DNA of 64,000 nucleotides from Rhizaria sp. SCN 62-66 (Eukaryota): NCBI GenBank assembly GCA_001724265.1, contig MEDY01000137.1, positions 1 to 64,000 of the forward strand, read 5' to 3'. Shown piece by piece: positions 62,241 to 64,000 of this stretch (position 1 is its first letter; each line of letters starts with the position of its first letter). The notes under the pieces were generated by a model. It saw only the letters and a program-made list of their open reading frames with translations, ran no database searches and was not told where the DNA came from. The position numbers and the translations under genes were made by a program.

Positions 62241-64000
62241 TTAGAGGTCATCCCGCAGGTCCTGATCGGCCGGGAACATCTCCGCATCGCAGCTCATCCC
62301 TTCCTCCATCTCCTGCACATTCGTAAAGGGCGTGAACCGGTCCGCCGTCTCGAGCACCTCGGTCGGCATCCACCCGTTCTCCCACCACAGCACGGCCCGG
62401 TCCACGGCGCGCTCTTCCGGAACGGGGAAGCCCTTGCCGTCGGAGAAGACGGGCGCGTCCGTGGCCACAAGCACCACGGCGTCGGCACTCGCCTGCGCCC
62501 AGTAGACGTGGCGGAACACGCCCGCCCACGCCGCAGCGACCTGCGCGGGGGACTCGCAGTCCACTGCAGTGAAGGCTGGGAAGTCGTCGGAATCCTCAAC
62601 GACTCCATGTTCCGCAGAAGCATACTGCGAATCCTCCGTCCGTCCGCTCGCGTCGGCGTTTGAACCACTGGTAGATTGAGACTGGTTCTCGCTAGAGGTT
62701 AAACCACTCGCGCTTGCACGCGCGGCATCCCCTTTGGTGAGATCGCGCGAACCCGCGGTCGCCGCGGTCGCAGCGGCCGCAGCAGCCGCATTGTCGCCCC
62801 CATTGCTCGAGTCCCTCTGGTGGCTGTTCTTGCCCGCCTTGCAGTGCGCGGGCAGCAGCGGCACGCGGCGGATGATCGCGGCCCCGGGCGCAAGCGTGGC
62901 CTGCAGTCTCCGCAGCACGTGCGGCGCCGTCAGCGACGGGTCCGCCACGGTGTCCTGGATGATCAGGTGGTACTGCTTCACGGGCCGGTGGAGCGCGGGC
63001 GCTGCGAGCAGCAGGGGCGCAGCGGCGGCCGGGTCGACGATGATGCAGCCGCTCGCCGCGACGGCCTCCGCCTCGGCCTCCGCGGTCGCCGCAGTCGCCG
63101 CGGTCGCAGCTTCAGCGTCAGCCGCGTCGGCCGTTGTGGCGTCGGAAGACTTAGCAGTGGCACTGGAGTCGCTAGCTGCGTTCGCGGGAGCAGCAACAAC
63201 CTCCGCGTCAACCACAGTTGAGCCACTCGCGCTCTTAGCAGCGCTGGACGCTGCCTCCAAGCCGCCGCCGTTGTTCTCCGACAAGGCCTCCTTGCTACCG
63301 CTCAGCAGGGGGAGCTCCTTGGTCGCGGCCACGTGCGCCGCCACCGCCGCCTCGGCCTCCGCGGACGGAAACAACGCCGCCACGAATGCCGACGGCGTGC
63401 AGAGTGCGGAGTACGCGCGGACGCCCCCGGCCAGCGGCGGCAGCGCCAGGGACGCGCCCGTGGGGGACGTGGCGTTGTGAGCGGCCGTGTCGCGGTCGAC
63501 GGCAAGGCTGGCCGTCACACTGCCAGCACGGTCAGAGCCAGAGCCCACAGTGTCGGAGTCAGCGTCGGCGTCGGCGTCGGGAGCGGCCGCGCTCGCCGGT
63601 GCACTGCTGGGGCGAGCAGCGTTCAGAGCTGAGCTGACGGTAGTCGCTGCAGTAGCAACGGTAGTGGCGCTGGCGCTGTCAGGAGCCGCTTGCCGTTGTG
63701 ACGTGGGTAGAGTGTCGAACCCGGCCCAGATAACTGCCTCGGCAGCCGCGGCGGCCTCGGCAGCGCCCGGGATCCCCTCCTCGGCCGCCTCGGCCGCCGC
63801 CGCCGCCTCCGCAGCCGCTGAGCACGCCGAGTACCCGTTCGAGTGCTCCAGATTCGCCACCGCAGCCGCGACGCGCGCGGCGGTCGCGCCTTCGAACGCG
63901 AGCTGCACGGGGTGATCCGGCGGGCCGTCCACGGTCACGTACGCGCGGGACAGCAGCTCGCGGGCGGCGTCGCGCGCCACCAGATCGCTGTCGACCGAGT
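62241..64000 (-). CDS. 3' part of a gene that starts beyond the window; possibly a spermidine-synthase-like SAM-dependent methyltransferase fold
   Basis: Frame open to the window edge. YHLIIQD..VLRRLQATLAPGAAI..VFRHVY resembles Rossmann methyltransferase strands. Ends in TAA. Confidence 0.45.
   Translation of the reverse strand, partial: SVDSDLVARDAARELLSRAYVTVDGPPDHPVQLAFEGATAARVAAAVANLEHSNGYSACSAAAEAAAAAEAAEEGIPGAAEAAAAAEAVIWAGFDTLPTSQRQAAPDSASATTVATAATTVSSALNAARPSSAPASAAAPDADADADSDTVGSGSDRAGSVTASLAVDRDTAAHNATSPTGASLALPPLAGGVRAYSALCTPSAFVAALFPSAEAEAAVAAHVAATKELPLLSGSKEALSENNGGGLEAASSAAKSASGSTVVDAEVVAAPANAASDSSATAKSSDATTADAADAEAATAATAATAEAEAEAVAASGCIIVDPAAAAPLLLAAPALHRPVKQYHLIIQDTVADPSLTAPHVLRRLQATLAPGAAIIRRVPLLPAHCKAGKNSHQRDSSNGGDNAAAAAAATAATAGSRDLTKGDAARASASGLTSSENQSQSTSGSNADASGRTEDSQYASAEHGVVEDSDDFPAFTAVDCESPAQVAAAWAGVFRHVYWAQASADAVVLVATDAPVFSDGKGFPVPEERAVDRAVLWWENGWMPTEVLETADRFTPFTNVQEMEEGMSCDAEMFPADQDLRDDL

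Noticed and set aside
2536-63915. Many long antisense or alternate-frame ORFs overlapping genes (e.g. 4626-5594, 24828-26219, 29172-30545, 32303-33559)
   Set aside because: Expected shadows of GC-rich, triplet-repeat coding sequence.

Overview
Gene-dense nuclear DNA from a flagellated microbial eukaryote. Exons are GC-rich and full of low-complexity sequence, and most GT-AG introns are short (about 150-200 nt) and AT-rich. About 21 protein genes are present: a CCCH-like orphan, SAS-4/CPAP, FHIP2/FAM160B, a mitochondrial-type membrane protein, a TMEM35/DoxX-like protein, GAS8/DRC4, CK2 beta, a giant ATRX-like SNF2 ATPase, a W2-domain RG-rich protein, an SCLT1-like protein, ADAL, an AK/NDK fusion, an orphan, sarcosine oxidase, a dsRBD/degenerate aminotransferase fusion, RPL22, ELP6, thioredoxin, a small coiled-coil protein, an eIF4B-like protein and a partial methyltransferase-like gene. 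Three signals stand out. (1) There is evidence for a non-standard nuclear code in which UAG is a sense codon, probably Gln, while UAA and UGA stay stops: in-frame TAGs interrupt otherwise intact SNF2 and ELP6 genes, and none of the 21 gene models ends in TAG. (2) A 14-bp quasi-palindrome, TAAGGGGGTACTTA, recurs inside coding exons in different frames and on both strands. (3) An orphan gene appears to have gained its transmembrane C-terminus from the antisense frame of an inverted duplicate of SAS-4 exon 2. All homology calls come from motif recognition by eye; no searches were run.
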